A stretch of DNA of 64,000 nt. Origin: Amphiscolops sp. MND2022 (Eukaryota). The notes under the pieces are model-generated. The model saw only the letters and a list, made by a program, of their open reading frames with translations, was not told where the DNA came from and did no database searches. A program made the translations under genes and the position numbers. Within the stretch, counting starts at the first letter, position 1. Each line of letters starts with the position of its first letter. Below, piece after piece: positions 35,581 to 49,693 of this stretch. The DNA is taken from the NCBI GenBank assembly GCA_964187785.1, contig OZ076413.1, forward strand, positions 25,420,001 to 25,484,000. The letters run 5' to 3'.

Positions 35581-37203
35581 TTATTGTTTGACTATTTTAC
35601 ACCAATTGAACAAATATTCCTGTTGCTTTTTAATTCCATGAAATTGCTTTACGTTTAAATGAAGAGTAGTGAACTGTAGAATAGTGAAAAGTGAACTCTT
35701 GTCAAACTATTACCGGGTGGTTGTGGTTTTACACAGTATTTAAATTGAACAAAGTGGAAATTAGCTGAAGTTATCACCGACATAAACACTTTAATTATTT
35801 TTCATTTCGTGAATGAATTCCAGTCAAAAATTGTACTTCCTTTATTTGTAAAAAATCAATTTCCGTCTTGGTGTGCAGAGTGGAACCAAGTCAGAGTGCG
35901 TAACTGCAGAAAGTGTAAAAAAAAAACGATGTACTGCATTCTGATCATTACGCGGAACGCCAAATCGTATAGTGTAACGACCAAAACATGTAACGAGTAT
36001 TTAAAAGAATAACGCCTTCTTATGGACTGGTAATGGAAATAGCTGTTCGTTGCGGCATATGTATCGTAAAACCGCGAGGTCTTGAAATATACTGATTTCA
36101 TCACGTATCCCGTCGTTGTAGCGTCTCCGGAAGGCGTACATTACATCAAAAACAACAAGAAGAATCGTCTGAAGTTGGCGCCCTACCTGAAGGTCACAAA
36201 GTGCGAAGTTTTAAAGAAATGTTTAACTCAAAACTCCCAGATTATTGAAAATGAACCGAGAGGGCAACCTGGGGGCTCGGGAAAGATCACTAAATACTCA
36301 GAATTATGAACTTTGGCCGGGACTGCACTTCATAGCCAATGATACCACAGTTAACAACAAGTTAAAATTAGTAGCAAACTGCCCAGAAGCAATGGTTTTG
36401 TAGCAAACGTTATTTAGTCCTACAGTAATGCTCCTCAAAAATTACTTTTTGTGCATTGGAATTTTTCACAAAATTGCCAAGTGGGCTTGAAAAGTAACAT
36501 TCTCTCAGTTGTGATGAAAATGTCGTTGCTTCGGGAGAAAAATTAAGAGTTGCATTGAAAATCTTTTGTATTTGTGTGTCGATATAATTCAACAGTGAGT
36601 TCAAGGATATGCAGAAGAAATGATGAAAACCTACTCTTTGAAGAAAAAGAAGTCTGAGTGCTGAGGAACTGAAAAGTCATGCTAACTGAAAAAATTCACA
36701 AAAGTATATGTGGGCTTTTCGATACGACCATATGGTTACTCTAGTGTCATCTTTTCACCATAAGCACAAACGCTTCGTTCAAAAACATCCTGTTCATCAC
36801 CCTCAAGTATTATCATACTATGAATAGTCTGGAACCATGCTGTGTTTATCACGTCAAATTATGATCGGCCTGGCCTGCTTTTGTATGGGAAATTGGAGCA
36901 ATTTGGTGCTGAATTTTGAATATTTAGACTACCGAATAGCAGGAATTAGACATAAATACTGGCTAACCATTATGTCGAAGTAAAAAAAGTAATAGTAGAA
37001 CGAAAACGCTGTCTACAAGTAAGGGCAATTTTTCTCGAAATTAGGGAAATCTAGCTCTAAATTCAAAACATCTTACCTATTCAGCGGTTCAGGAAATCTT
37101 GATCTTTAAAGTTGTCTTTAATTTTACCCGGGCCATTAGGGTAATTCTCGGAAACCAATGAATACAGCAAAATAAAAATCAACGAAGGCGTACGAAGAAA
37201 AAA

Positions 37204-37928
37204 TGTAACGGCAACTGATGATGTCAAAATTTTCGGTCAAAAATTCGTTCAAAACTGATGTGTCAGCTCGAGCATGTTTGGAGCAAAGTACCTGCTCAGA
37301 ATCAAAAGACAAAACAAGCCGCCCGCGAAGACCGAACGAGAAAAGACCAGCAAAGAGCAGCTATTCGTGCTCTTTTTCACGGTGTTTCAATGTGTTTTGA
37401 GAGGTTTTCAGTGCTTCCGTAGCAAAAACCCGTGAACCCGGATGTCTGCCTAAAGTCCTTGCGGTGTCCTGTGGAGTTACCAGCTCGATCGCTGGGTATC
37501 CCTTTTTTGGTCTTACCTTTTTCCATGGACGGAACGAACTCAAACTGTTGCATTTAATGTATTTGTTATATAAGTTTAGATTGATATGCTCGAGAGCTGT
37601 CTGAGTAACATCTGTGCTACCTCATTATTGGCGATTTATCAGATTTCCCAGATCTATGGGTCAAATTAAATTCAGTTTTTTGGCCCCTTTTTTATAGGCT
37701 AAATAAGCAGTAAGCAGTGATCTTTAGCCCAAGGAAGATGCCTGTTATTCCTAGCAGTTAAAGACTGGAACCAGGCCAGAGAGCATCTCATTAGACGGTT
37801 CCCCCACCTTGGGACTGGTTCCCTTTGGAGGCAAAATGAGCCAGGACTGTGGAAATATAAGTCCTGGATTATATTCATAGTTCTGGTTCCTCCACTTTCT
37901 CGGTTAAGCGCTAGCGCTTGTCGTTACA
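37204..37928 (+). mobile_element. Solo LTR of the same gypsy family
   Basis: Perfect 7-bp terminal inverted repeat TGTAACG...CGTTACA with no internal sequence on either side. Flanks AAAAA / AAAGA are a possible degenerate TSD. Confidence 0.85.
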
Positions 37929-38627
37929 AAAGATGACAAGCAAAACTAACAAAATCAAGCATGCCCGAAGACGGTTTTGGAAGTTTTCGAAAATCTTTCA
38001 ACAATGTACTAGGGTCGGCCAATTGAGAACGTTTTAAATTGAGAACACCTTCCAGAGGCATCGAGAAAACCTTTTGGAAGCAATAACAGAGTTTTTAAAA
38101 TTTAGTTAATTAGGGCGTGACGTTGAAACTAGCGCGAAGACGGATCGAAAAAAAAAGAACTTACGATTTAAAAAAAACAAAGCGGGAACAAAAAAAGTGC
38201 AAACTCTAACTCTCCAGAGTAGGAAAAAACTCACAGTCCCGATCAGGTTAGACGGCGGGAAATTTTGAGCTATTTTAGTTTACACATGTTCCTGAAGTGT
38301 CAAGACACAGTAGCGCGAAAAAATAAACGTTGACTCTTTGTGTATATAGTTCTAGTTTTTATGCTAGAAAAAACCAATGTTGACATTGCAAAGTTCCAAG
38401 AAATTGACATGGAAAAAATATCAAACACTTTGGGTCTGTTATCTGACAAAAAAACTAGCCACTGTAAAAGGCACACTCTTTTTCGCCAAAACAGCTGACT
38501 GAAAATTAGTATTAGTTACCTGTGAGTTTCTGTCCCCGCATTTCGACGATGGGGATTTGGGAAATTGATTTTCGGGTAGCTCAATTCGTGATTGAAATTT
38601 TATTAAGAAACAAAGGAACGAAGCTTC

Positions 38628-38827
38628 NNNNNNNNNNNNNNNNNNNNNNNNNNNNNNNNNNNNNNNNNNNNNNNNNNNNNNNNNNNNNNNNNNNNNNNNN
38701 NNNNNNNNNNNNNNNNNNNNNNNNNNNNNNNNNNNNNNNNNNNNNNNNNNNNNNNNNNNNNNNNNNNNNNNNNNNNNNNNNNNNNNNNNNNNNNNNNNNN
38801 NNNNNNNNNNNNNNNNNNNNNNNNNNN
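38628..38827. other. Assembly gap (200 N)
   Basis: Run of exactly 200 N, so probably a fixed-size scaffolding spacer. It hides the left terminus of the second Polinton-like copy. Confidence 0.97.
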
Positions 38828-41800
38828 CACAGAGAGTCGACTAGAAACCGAAACAAAATTACACAACCTTGAAAATACGAGCCTTGAAGTTTTTTTTGTT
38901 GTTATTCCAGGCAAGGAAATGAAAATTCCTCACCTTTGCATGCTGGAAAGTAATAGGAAAAATGGAAGGAGTAGTTTGTTAGGAAGGGAAATTGCGGCCG
39001 GGATAAAAGAAAATGGGATCAATAAAAAGTGATTTCATCTACCAACGTTTAATGAATGTGCTTCTATTTACTTTCTCTTCATGCTAATGACGTTTAATGA
39101 TCCGTGATTTCTGTAGCTAAAAGTTCCCTGAAGTAACCTTCATTTGCGTAATGGATAACAGCGTGTAAAATTGGCGCTAAATTTAAAGCTCAAAAAGATT
39201 GATCATACACTTACTCCCCCTCAATAAAACCCAAATTACTTCAGCTATAAAGTCAAAATTTCGAAAAGTATTGAGAAAAATATTTGTGGCTTTATATCGG
39301 CAAATTTCTGAAATGAAAAATTTTTGAAACAGTCTCAAAGTTCCGAAAATTTAAAAAGGAAGACACTTTGGGCTTTTTAAACTCCAGTTTGTTGCAAAAT
39401 GCCATAAAATTGAAAGCGGACCATTGGAGGCGAAAGAAGACTTCGAAAAAAAGTCGCGTAGTGCAGAAAATTTTCAAAGGGCGGACCCTACAGTCTCGTC
39501 CGGTATTGTATTTTACGTTATTACGTTTAAACCAAGAATAGGTGAAAAGGGGAACCTTTGCACTATCTTAGATACGTTTTCGCTTGCCAGTCCTGTAGTT
39601 TAGTAGTTCTGTAAAAAGTGTGCACTACCCGTACATTCTCTAACGAAAAAAGAGGAAAAAAATGTCACTGTATTAGTCGTACTTTTTTCCTCTGGAGGAC
39701 AATGAACCGACTAAAACCGGACCATTAGCAAACTTTCTTTTATCAAGAAAAATTTTGATAAAAATCTTTTCCGTAGTTGAGAACGTTTTCCTATGATTTC
39801 CGAGCAGTTCCGACAGCGTTGACTGCTTTTTGAAAGTGATTTTCGAAGTTTAATTCTGTCGTAAAGATTCATAGACAAGTGAAACTAACTTAGATACAAC
39901 CAAAGCAAGCAAGTCCTCTCTGGACAAAGTGAAACTTATCATGGTTTCCATTTGGTCTGGAAAAAGCGCTTCCCGAATGTAAAATTGACATTGGCTGTAA
40001 CGATCCTTCGGAAAACTGTACTTCATCTTCCATTCAATTTTCGTAAAAATTATTGTGTGGCGGATTGAATTGGAAGTCGCACCTTGCATTGTTGAGCTAT
40101 TGAAATATATCAAAGTCCATGATTTTGAAACTTTCATATTTGAGACTGTTTTGTTTTTAACGTTTTGCGCAGGTAATGTTCTCGTTCAAAATCAACGATT
40201 GTAACATTTTTTGATTGACCTAATAACCAATCAGATATGATGTGATTAAGTGAGTTGTAAAAGTTTTGTTTTAATCCATCTTTCAGGAAGTTTGGAGAAT
40301 CTCCAAAATATTTCCAAAACGAGTCTAGAATTTCATTTGTTGCTGGAACAAAATTAAGAAAGGTGGAATTGTTGCTTGCCAGCCATAACAGTGATGCGAT
40401 AATCGTGCTTGACCTCACTTTTGATGAATCAAAATCGTTATGGTTCAAAAAGTTATTGACTGAACGAGCCATTGTAGATGCATGTTCTTCATTGATACAA
40501 AGAACTTCGAGTATCAGACAGTGAAATGACGTTGTATGTGAAACAATACGTTGTCCACTGACAAATCAAAAAAGCTGGAAAACCAAAAGTAGTATTAAAG
40601 AGTCATCTAATAGAGTCAAAGAAACAAAAAAGATCTTTACAACAAACTTGTACATTAGACGCAACCCCTCTTTTCTCAGAAAATTAAATGATTGCAGAAG
40701 AAACTAAAAAGTCTATAACACAGTATACAAAACCTCAGAAAACAAACACGCTGCAAAAATTATCAACTGATGAAAAACGTGGTGAATTTGGAGTTATCTG
40801 CATTGAAGTTAGTAAACAGTGTTGAAATAACATCTGAAAGTTTGTCTTATCCAAAAGTGTTCGATGCAGGAGTTTATTGAATTTAATTGGTTTGAATGTT
40901 TTATTGATGACGAATAAAATTTTCCAAATGCAGCATATTTTTCGTTGTTAAAGCATGTACGGTATACTCACTGTGCTTCTCACTATAATTGTTGTTTGTT
41001 TGGCCTTTCAATTGATTTCAAAACTTCTGTTGCGTACACATCTTGATAAACTATTCTTCCAGATAGATTCAAAAGTGTTGAAACTATCATTTTAAAAAAA
41101 TCAAAAAACTAATCCATCACATTTGAAACCAACTCTAAGGTTCTCAGAGAAAAAGATCAGAGATTATGAAGTTCAGAAGTCTATAACACAACTTAAAAAA
41201 TCACTAAAGAGCTAACACCCTAAAATTCGTTCAACCGAACTACACTTCGCTGTTTTTGGACTAAGCCAAGAATACTAACTAGTAAATGCTGAAAACATGT
41301 GGAAAACCTGCGGCTTAAAAGCTGAAAAATCCCTGCAATGTTTTTTTTGATAAGTTTCAAAATCAAAAGTAACAGCAACCTAATTTCAAAGAATAAAACT
41401 GTTTTTATCGTTTTACCTTTTGAACTGAAGCATTTAGTCAAATGTCGTGGTTTACCAATTGAAATTGAATTTTTTGAAAATATGTTCAACCCAAGAAAAT
41501 ATAAACGAACTGATTTGAATACTTCTTGAATAACACAACAAAGAACACCGTTTCCAAATCAGCAACCTCTTTCTTTCGATGTGGAAGCAGATACCACAGC
41601 ATTTCAACTACATCGTTCAATTTTCTGGAGGTTTTGTAATTTTCCATCAGATTTCAAATATGAAAAAACAAATACAAATAATTTCAAAAAACAACCTTTT
41701 TTGATTAAGTTGATTAACCTTTACAGAAACCATGAAACAGCATGGAAGCTTCACTTTTAATGGACGAGATTTCCAATTTTCAAAACAAACGTCCATTGAT

Positions 41801-44800
41801 TTGTTTGATTTTTAACTTCAACAACTTCAACTTCATGTTCCTTAGATATATGAAAAAAACTGCAAAGCAAAAAAGTTTCGGGGGAACTTTTACAAAACAT
41901 TATATCAAACATTCATGATTTGATCAAACAAGTCAAGCAAAAGAACAGATTGACATTTTTTGAAGTTTGGTAAAAGCTTTTGATTTTGTTGGAACGGAAT
42001 TACCAAGAATCGAGGAGGGTTTAAAAGTTCACTTTCATTGGCAGAGAACCCATACGAAAATCATAACATGCTGCAATCGCACATGATTTTGAAAAGTTTG
42101 ATTATATAAAGAATCATTAGCCGGTAAAAAGTCATTGAAGTCTATTTTGTTGGTTCTCCAAAGTTTATCAAGGAACTTTTGTTTGTACCAAACAACCTGT
42201 AGTTGTAATGATGCTGACACTTGAAGAAAAACATAAAACGGAACAACATTGTTGTTAAAAAAAAAGAAAGAACAAAATAGCTAGGAAGAACTCACTAGAA
42301 TTTATGAAAAATCAAAAACGCGAACAGGTGGAACTTGTTCAATTGAACAGTTTCCTTTACATTCGGAGCAACCAATACAACTGAGTCAAGTTTAACTCGA
42401 GAAGCGACAGACGATAAATTCAGTTTTTACTGTAACACAGTACTTCACAGATATCAACTGACGAAATTGAAAAAAAAACTCAAAAAAGTGTCACCTTTCA
42501 ACGAGCTTGTTCATACCAATATGGTTGCCGCTACAATTGTCGAAATAGTATTTGAATATCCAAGTATTGATAGCCACTCTCAGTCATCTTAGTTTTCACA
42601 AATTAAAATAACTATCTTTGCAACCCAAGCCATCAGAGAACCTTCGATTATGATCTTCTGAAACTGCTAACACAAAAGGATTTGAATACCCAGACATTTT
42701 ATAGAACAAACACTACTGCATAAAGTTCTAGGGACGAGAATAGGAACTTTGTTTCAGAACGAAACAAAAAATTGGGAGATCGAACTTAGGAAAACAGAAG
42801 TTTGAGAGTCGTAGCGGCAAAATTGCTACAACATTCGAAAGAACTCGATTGAAGAAACGATCAAAACTCAAAGTCATGATTTTTTTCCTTGTGACTATTA
42901 AAACATTTCGGAACATATAAAACGGTTATAGAGTAACATGAAAGGAGAATGCAATATTCCACAATTTCAATGAATGAAAGCGCTCATAGTTAAAACATCG
43001 AAAAAATTTTGTACAACAAAGATATCCCATATATTTTGGTTTGGATTGGTTTAGTATATTGAGAAAATTTTTTGGATTTACATCTAGTCGATCTTCTTTC
43101 CAAAATATTATACCTTGAATATGTTATACTCCAGCCCGTTCTATTCCAAAATTATTTCAACGTCTTTCAGGGTTTCCTGGAAGAAATGGCGTTTGTGTTG
43201 TTTCTGAATGTTCGTTTGGATGGATGGTATCCGGTAAAGGAACCTGATTACCATCATGCATAAAATCATCATCAACAACAAAAAATTTAAATATCTCAAA
43301 TTATGCTCGAGGAATGAAAAAAATCAGTTTCGGAAAGGGTTCCTCGCTTTCATATGGTCCTCGCCTCCACATTGTTCAATAGATCTAGTTTCCTACTACA
43401 TAAAGTTTTTTTAAAAGCTGTGAATTGGGCTTCATCAAAATCCTTAAAACACTAATGATTTTAATTCCGATAAAGAGACAGTTTCACTTTCAACAGAAAC
43501 TTCAATGGTTTATAATCAAAACTTTTAGAATCTTTCACAAAAATTTCCACATGCATAACGGACTGGTTCATTATTCATGATTATTCATAACATTCAAGGT
43601 ATGTTAATCTTTCATAGGGTAAAGTTGATGCTACCAAGTTGAAACAATTGTAGTACATAATGTTAAAATATTTCAATTGTTCGATTTTTTTAAAAAAACA
43701 ATAAGTACTTCATTGAAAGTTGAGTACTAAATCATAATCTAAATGGTATTTTGATTTTTGACAAATCCAATACTCGAAATTTTCATTCGATAAATGTTAT
43801 TACGTTTATTTCTTGATGTTTTTGTAAAGCAAAAAGGTTATAGCGAAATGATAAACGAAAACATATGTTTCTGCAAAATATTACGTGACAGATTTATTTT
43901 ATCACAGTTTCCATATGGAGAGAGGAAGGAACATGTAAGGAGAAGTGTCTGACTGCCACACTGGAATTAAGTTTTGTTGGGACACTGGTGTTGAGTCTAC
44001 AGTAGTGTCCGTACAGCAACCGCTATCAGTCCAAGTCAAAATTTCATCCAGAGAGCTGAATCTTTCAAACAGTAGTAAAAAACATGTAAAGAACATTTTA
44101 CATCAAACGAATTCCAATCCCTTATGAATTCGTTTTGCATTTTCTCAAGGGTAGGTTCTGAGCTCAGACGATGGTGGAATTAGCAAGCCAGAACAGTCTC
44201 TTGACAGCTTGAAAGCCCCTTGGAAAGGAATTCAGTTAAAACAAAAGCCTTTCTAATTCGCTTCAATAATTTTCCCTGTTGCAGACGTAGTCAATGTCAA
44301 TTTTCAATAAAAAGCCTGCAGCGAATGTTTTATTCCAGGTCTGGTTGGAGTAGCCTGTTGATCGAAAGATTGTTTTGGCACGGTTAAAGAGTGGTTTGAA
44401 CCCCGGTGACAGCGTTCACGGGTTATGGAATAGATATCACTGGTTGTTGATGTCTTCAACTCCTCCCCTGTTCAAGGAGATTGCAGCAGTCTTCAGAGAA
44501 ATATTCTCTCCTCCAACATTACTCGCGCAGCATGTCTAGAATGACCAGACTTTCTTCCATCAAAAACGGCCTGCAAGCTTTAGAGACTGTGAAAACGCTT
44601 GCTCCTCCATTTGAAATAGTGCCACGGCTTGAAACGGCAAAACCCGAAAAGGGTTGAAAATAGTTAAAACGTATAGAAAGTTAGTTTATTCAAACTCAAA
44701 CTGTTTCATCGAAATACTGCACTTATTATTCTTTTCAGGTTCTACGTCATCACTGTCGTCATACTATACATCATCAATCCAATCTTGCAAACTTTCGTCA

Positions 44801-47800
44801 ATTTGTAGACTTTGTTCGAGCCAAGACAACAGCCGTATGAGTAACTCTTGAACCATTGAATCATCGTGACTGTCACTCGCAAGAGTTGTTGCTCGATTGT
44901 TCATTTTCAACTTCTTTTGTGTTTTGGAATCAAGCAAACATTATTCACGTATGACCTTCAATAAATGCACACATGATGATAAAATGCGTTTTTCTTGTTG
45001 AATTGTCACTTTGCCCAAATGTTAAAAAGATTTAGGAGATGCTGATGATCAAACAGATGCCTGGATAACAGCAGTTCCCACTAAAATGAAAGAAGGCAAG
45101 TGAATTAGGATTTGTGCTATAGGCTACTTTGTCACTGAAAAAGTGCCTTCTTTTAAACTCCGCTGTTGCTTAGCACAATGGAAGAGACCGCGGCAAATTT
45201 GTCAGTCAGTAAAACCTAGTGCCGGTAGAGTTGTTTTGCACCGGGCTCTCGCTGCGCGTTTTTTTTACCTTCAGATACGTCACCTTCGTGTCGAACCTAT
45301 TACGTATTGTTTGTGATAACATTCTTCCCAAACGTAATTACAAGAATGTTATCAGAAACGTGAGTTCTTCCTAGATTTTGTTTCGTTCCTCTTTTAAATC
45401 AACAATGTTGTTCCGTTAGGTTTTTTTTCAAGTGTCAGCATCATTACAACTACACAACAAAATTAGATTTCAATGACTATTTACCGGCTAAAGATTTTTT
45501 AAATATCAACTTTTTCAGAGTCATGTGCGATTGCAGCTGTTATGTTATGATTTTCGTATGGGTTCTCTGCCAATGAAAGTGATTTTTAAGCCCTCCTCGA
45601 TTCTTGGTAATTCCGTTCCAACAAATTCAACAGCTTTTACCAAACTCCAGAAAATGTCAATCTGTTCTTCTGCTTGACTTGTTTGATCAAAAACATGAAT
45701 GTTTGATATATTGTTTTGTAAAAGTTCCCCGAAACTTTTTTTGCTTGCAGTTTTTTCATTTATGAAAGCAACAAGAAGTTGAAGTTGCTGAAGTTAGAAG
45801 TCCAACAAATCAAATGACGTTGATTTTGAAAATTGCAAAGCTCATTCATTGTGATTGAAGCTTCCATGCTGTAACTTGGTTTCAGTAAAGGTCGATCAAA
45901 TTAACCAAAAAAGGATTTGTTTCATATTTGAAATCCAATAGAAAAATACAAAACCTCCAGAACATTGTACGTTGTGGTCGAAATGCTGTGCTATCTGCTT
46001 CTACCCAAAAAAATAGGTTGCTGTTTTGGAAACGGTGTCCCTTGTTGTATTATTCAAAAAATATTCAAATCAGATCGTCTATTTTTACTTGGATTGAACA
46101 TATTTTCAAAAAAATCAGTTTCAATAGGTAAACCACCACCTTCGACTAAATGCTTCAGTTCAAAAGGTAAAACATTAAAAACAGTTTCAATCTTTGAAAT
46201 AAGTTGCTGTTACTTTTGATTTTAAAACTTTTCAAAGAAAAACATTGCAAGGATTTTTCAGCTTTTGAATCGTAGGTTTTTCACATGTTTTTGGCTTTTA
46301 CTAGTATTCTTGGCTTAATCCAAAAACAGCAAAGTGCTGTCCCGTTGAACCAATTTCAGGGTTAGCACTTCAGTGATTTTGTAAATTGTATTATAGACAT
46401 CTGAACTTCATAATATCTGATCCTTAACTCCGGGAATCTTAGAGTTATTTTCAAACGTGAAGGACACGTTTTTGATTATTTTTTCAAAATAATAGTTTCA
46501 ACTATATTTCCTCGATCTGGAAGAATATTTTATCAAGATGTGTACCCAACAGAAGTTTTGAAATCGACTGAAAACACCAAAAGAAACAACAAGTATAGTG
46601 AGAAGCACAGTGAGTATACTGTACATTCTTTAACAACGAAAAATATGCTGCATTTGGAAATTTTCATCCCGCTAATAACGACAGATTCAAACCAGTTAAT
46701 TTCAAAAACTCCTGCGTCGAACATTTTTGCATGAGATAGAATTTCAGATGTTAATTCAACACAGTTTACTAACTTATTCATTTCTGAAGATAAACTTTCA
46801 ATACTCATTTTTTCAAATCCTTCAAAATCGTTTCTGGTTACTTTATCATGATTTAAAACAATATCTACCGTCTCTTGTATTGTAGATATTATGCATATTT
46901 CTATGCAGGTAATTCCAAGTTCACCACGTTGTTCATCGTTTGAACATTTTTGCAGGGTGTTTGTTTTCTGAGGTTTTGTATACTGTGTCATAGGCTTATT
47001 AAGTTATTAAGTTTTCACTAGAATCATTAAATTTTCTGAGGAAAAGTGGTTGCAACTATTGGACAACTTTGTTGTTAATTTCTTACTATTTTTTTGAAAT
47101 CATTTCACTTTATTAGATAAACCGTTGATAGTATTTCCAGTTTTTTGATTTGTCAGTGGACAACATCTTGTTTTACATACAACGTCATCTCACCATCTGA
47201 TTCTCGAAGGTTTTTTTATCAAGGAAGAACATGCATCTATAATGACTCGTTCAATCAATAAATTTCTTGAACCATACCGAATTTGATTCAACAATGCATC
47301 AAAAGTGAGGTCAAGCACTATTATCTCATCACTGTTATGGCTGGCAAGCAACAATACCACCTCTCCTATTTTTGTTTTAGCAACAAATGAAGTTCTAGAC
47401 TCGTTTTAGAAATCCTTTGAAGATTTTCTAAACTACCTGAAAGATGGATAAGAACACAACTTTTACAACTTTCTTAATCACATCAAATCCGATTGGCTAT
47501 TATGTCAATCAAAAATTGTAACAATTGTTGATTTTGAAAGAGAACATTACTTGCGGAAAACGATAAAAACGAAACAATCTCGAAGATGAAAGTTTCAAAA
47601 TCAAGGACCTCAATATATCTCAATAGCTCAACAACGTAAGGTTCGACTTCCAATTTTATCCGCCACACAATGATTTCTACGAGAATTGAACGGAAGGTGA
47701 AGTACAGATTTCCAAATAATCGTAACAGCCAATGTCAATTTTACATTCGGGAACATTTTTTAAAGACCAAATGGTAATCATGATAATTTTCACTTTGTCC

Positions 47801-49508
47801 TGAGAGAACTTGCTTGCTTGGTTGTATCTAAGTTAGTTTCACTTATCTATGAATCTTGACAACAGAATTGAACTTCGAATATCACTTTCCAAAAGCTGTC
47901 AACGCTGTCGGAACTGCTCGGGATTCACAGTAAAACGTTCTCAACTACGGAAAAGATAGTTCTTTTTTACAAAATTTTTCTCGATAAAAGACAGTTTGCT
48001 AATGGTCCAGTTTAAGTCGGCTCATTGTCCTCCACAGCGAAAAGCACGACTTATACAGTGACATTTTTTTCCTCTTTTTTCGTCAGAGAATGTACGCGTA
48101 GTGCACACTTTTTACAGAACTACTGAACTACAGGACCGGCAAGCGAAAACGCATCTAAGGTAGTGCAAAGGCTCTCCCTTTCACTTATTCTTTGTTTAAA
48201 CGTAATAACGTAAAATACAATACCGGACGAGACTGTAGGCTCCCCCTTTGAATTTTTTCGGCACTGAGCGTCTTTTCCGTCATCCGTCTGTAATAATCAC
48301 CTTTCAATTTTTTTGATATTTTGCAGCAAACTGGAGTTTAAAAAGCCCAAAATATCTTACATTTTCCGGCAATTTGAGACTGTTTCAAATGGTTTTTCAT
48401 TTCAGAAGGTTGGTTTTGTCGATATATACCAACAAATATTTGTTTCAATACTTTTCGGAGCTTTGACGTTATAGCCGAAGTAATACTTTTGAGGGAGAGG
48501 AGGCGTACGAACAATTTTTTCGAGCTGTAGATTTAGCGCCGATTTTACACGTTTCCGTCTTGTTACAGTTTTCAAACCCCAAAGATTGGAAACCAGTAGC
48601 CATGCACGCTTTCCAAGCAAACAATCGTCGGTTCGATGTCTGCTTAGGGCTGGAAATCTTTGTCTGCAAACCCTTAACGTGTGCGAAGACGCCATTTTGC
48701 TCTTTTCGGCACTCTGAGACTTCCTTTCAAAACCTTTTTTTACCAAAACAGCTCCTTGATTCAAAGTATTACACGGTACAACACTATTGAACCAAAACGT
48801 GAATCCCAGCAATTTTGAATTTTTGGCGATGAAACCAAAGCAGTCCGGTACTTCATTAACCAACACTGTGAAAACTCTTTCAGTGATCTATACAAGAGAA
48901 ATAATCTTCTTTTTCTAGCGAATCACCACCTTTTTTCATCAGTTTTTTTGCAATTTTCACATTTTTCAGATCACATTTTCATGTTACTCGGTGTGAAAAT
49001 ATGGCGTAATGTAAAGGTAGAGATACTTCTGGTGATTGATGGTTGGAACGATAAAGACTGTTATCCATTACGCAAACGAAGGTATTTTTGTATCCAAAAA
49101 AATCACGCATCGATGAAGGTCACTAGCATGAAGAGGAAGTAAGTAGAAGCACATTCATTTCAACGTTGATATATGAAAGCACTTTTTATTGATCTCATTT
49201 CCTTTTATCCCAGTTGCAATTTCCATTCTTAACAAACTTCTTCCATTTTCCCTATTACTTTCCTGCATGCAAAGGTAAGGAAGTTCCATTTCATTGCCTG
49301 GAATAACAACAAAAACTTCGAGGCTCGTATTTTTAAGGTTGTGTAATTTTGTTTCGGTTTCTAGTCGGCTCTTTGTGGGTCAGAATTTTTGACGTTCGGT
49401 TACATCATCGTGTCGCAATCATGACGTCGTTTTGGAATCCGCTTTGTGACCATATTTGGTTACTCACTCAACCCCCCGCCACAAATAATGCCACGTACAT
49501 TTACTACT
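38828..49508. mobile_element. Polinton-type long-TIR element, right (inverted) copy
   Basis: Arms 38828-42295 and 45360-49508. The core 42296-45359 is the reverse complement of 22555-25500. The right end ...CATTTACTACT at 49508 is followed by CCGATT (reverse complement of AATCGG). Confidence 0.8.
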
Positions 49509-49693
49509 CCGATTGTTCTTTTTACCGACTGTGATATCAATTCATTCCATATATCTCTCCAAAGGGGTAGGTGGACAGAAACTCATGTCTGGTGTTGAAG
49601 TAAGACCATTGTCACCTGTCAAAACAACCTAGGCATTGTCCCGGCTCTAGTTTGGACGATGCTAAAATGACGTTACACAACAATAGTTTAAAT

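Noticed and set aside
38522-38914. ORFs spanning the N run
   Set aside because: Artefacts of translating through the assembly gap.
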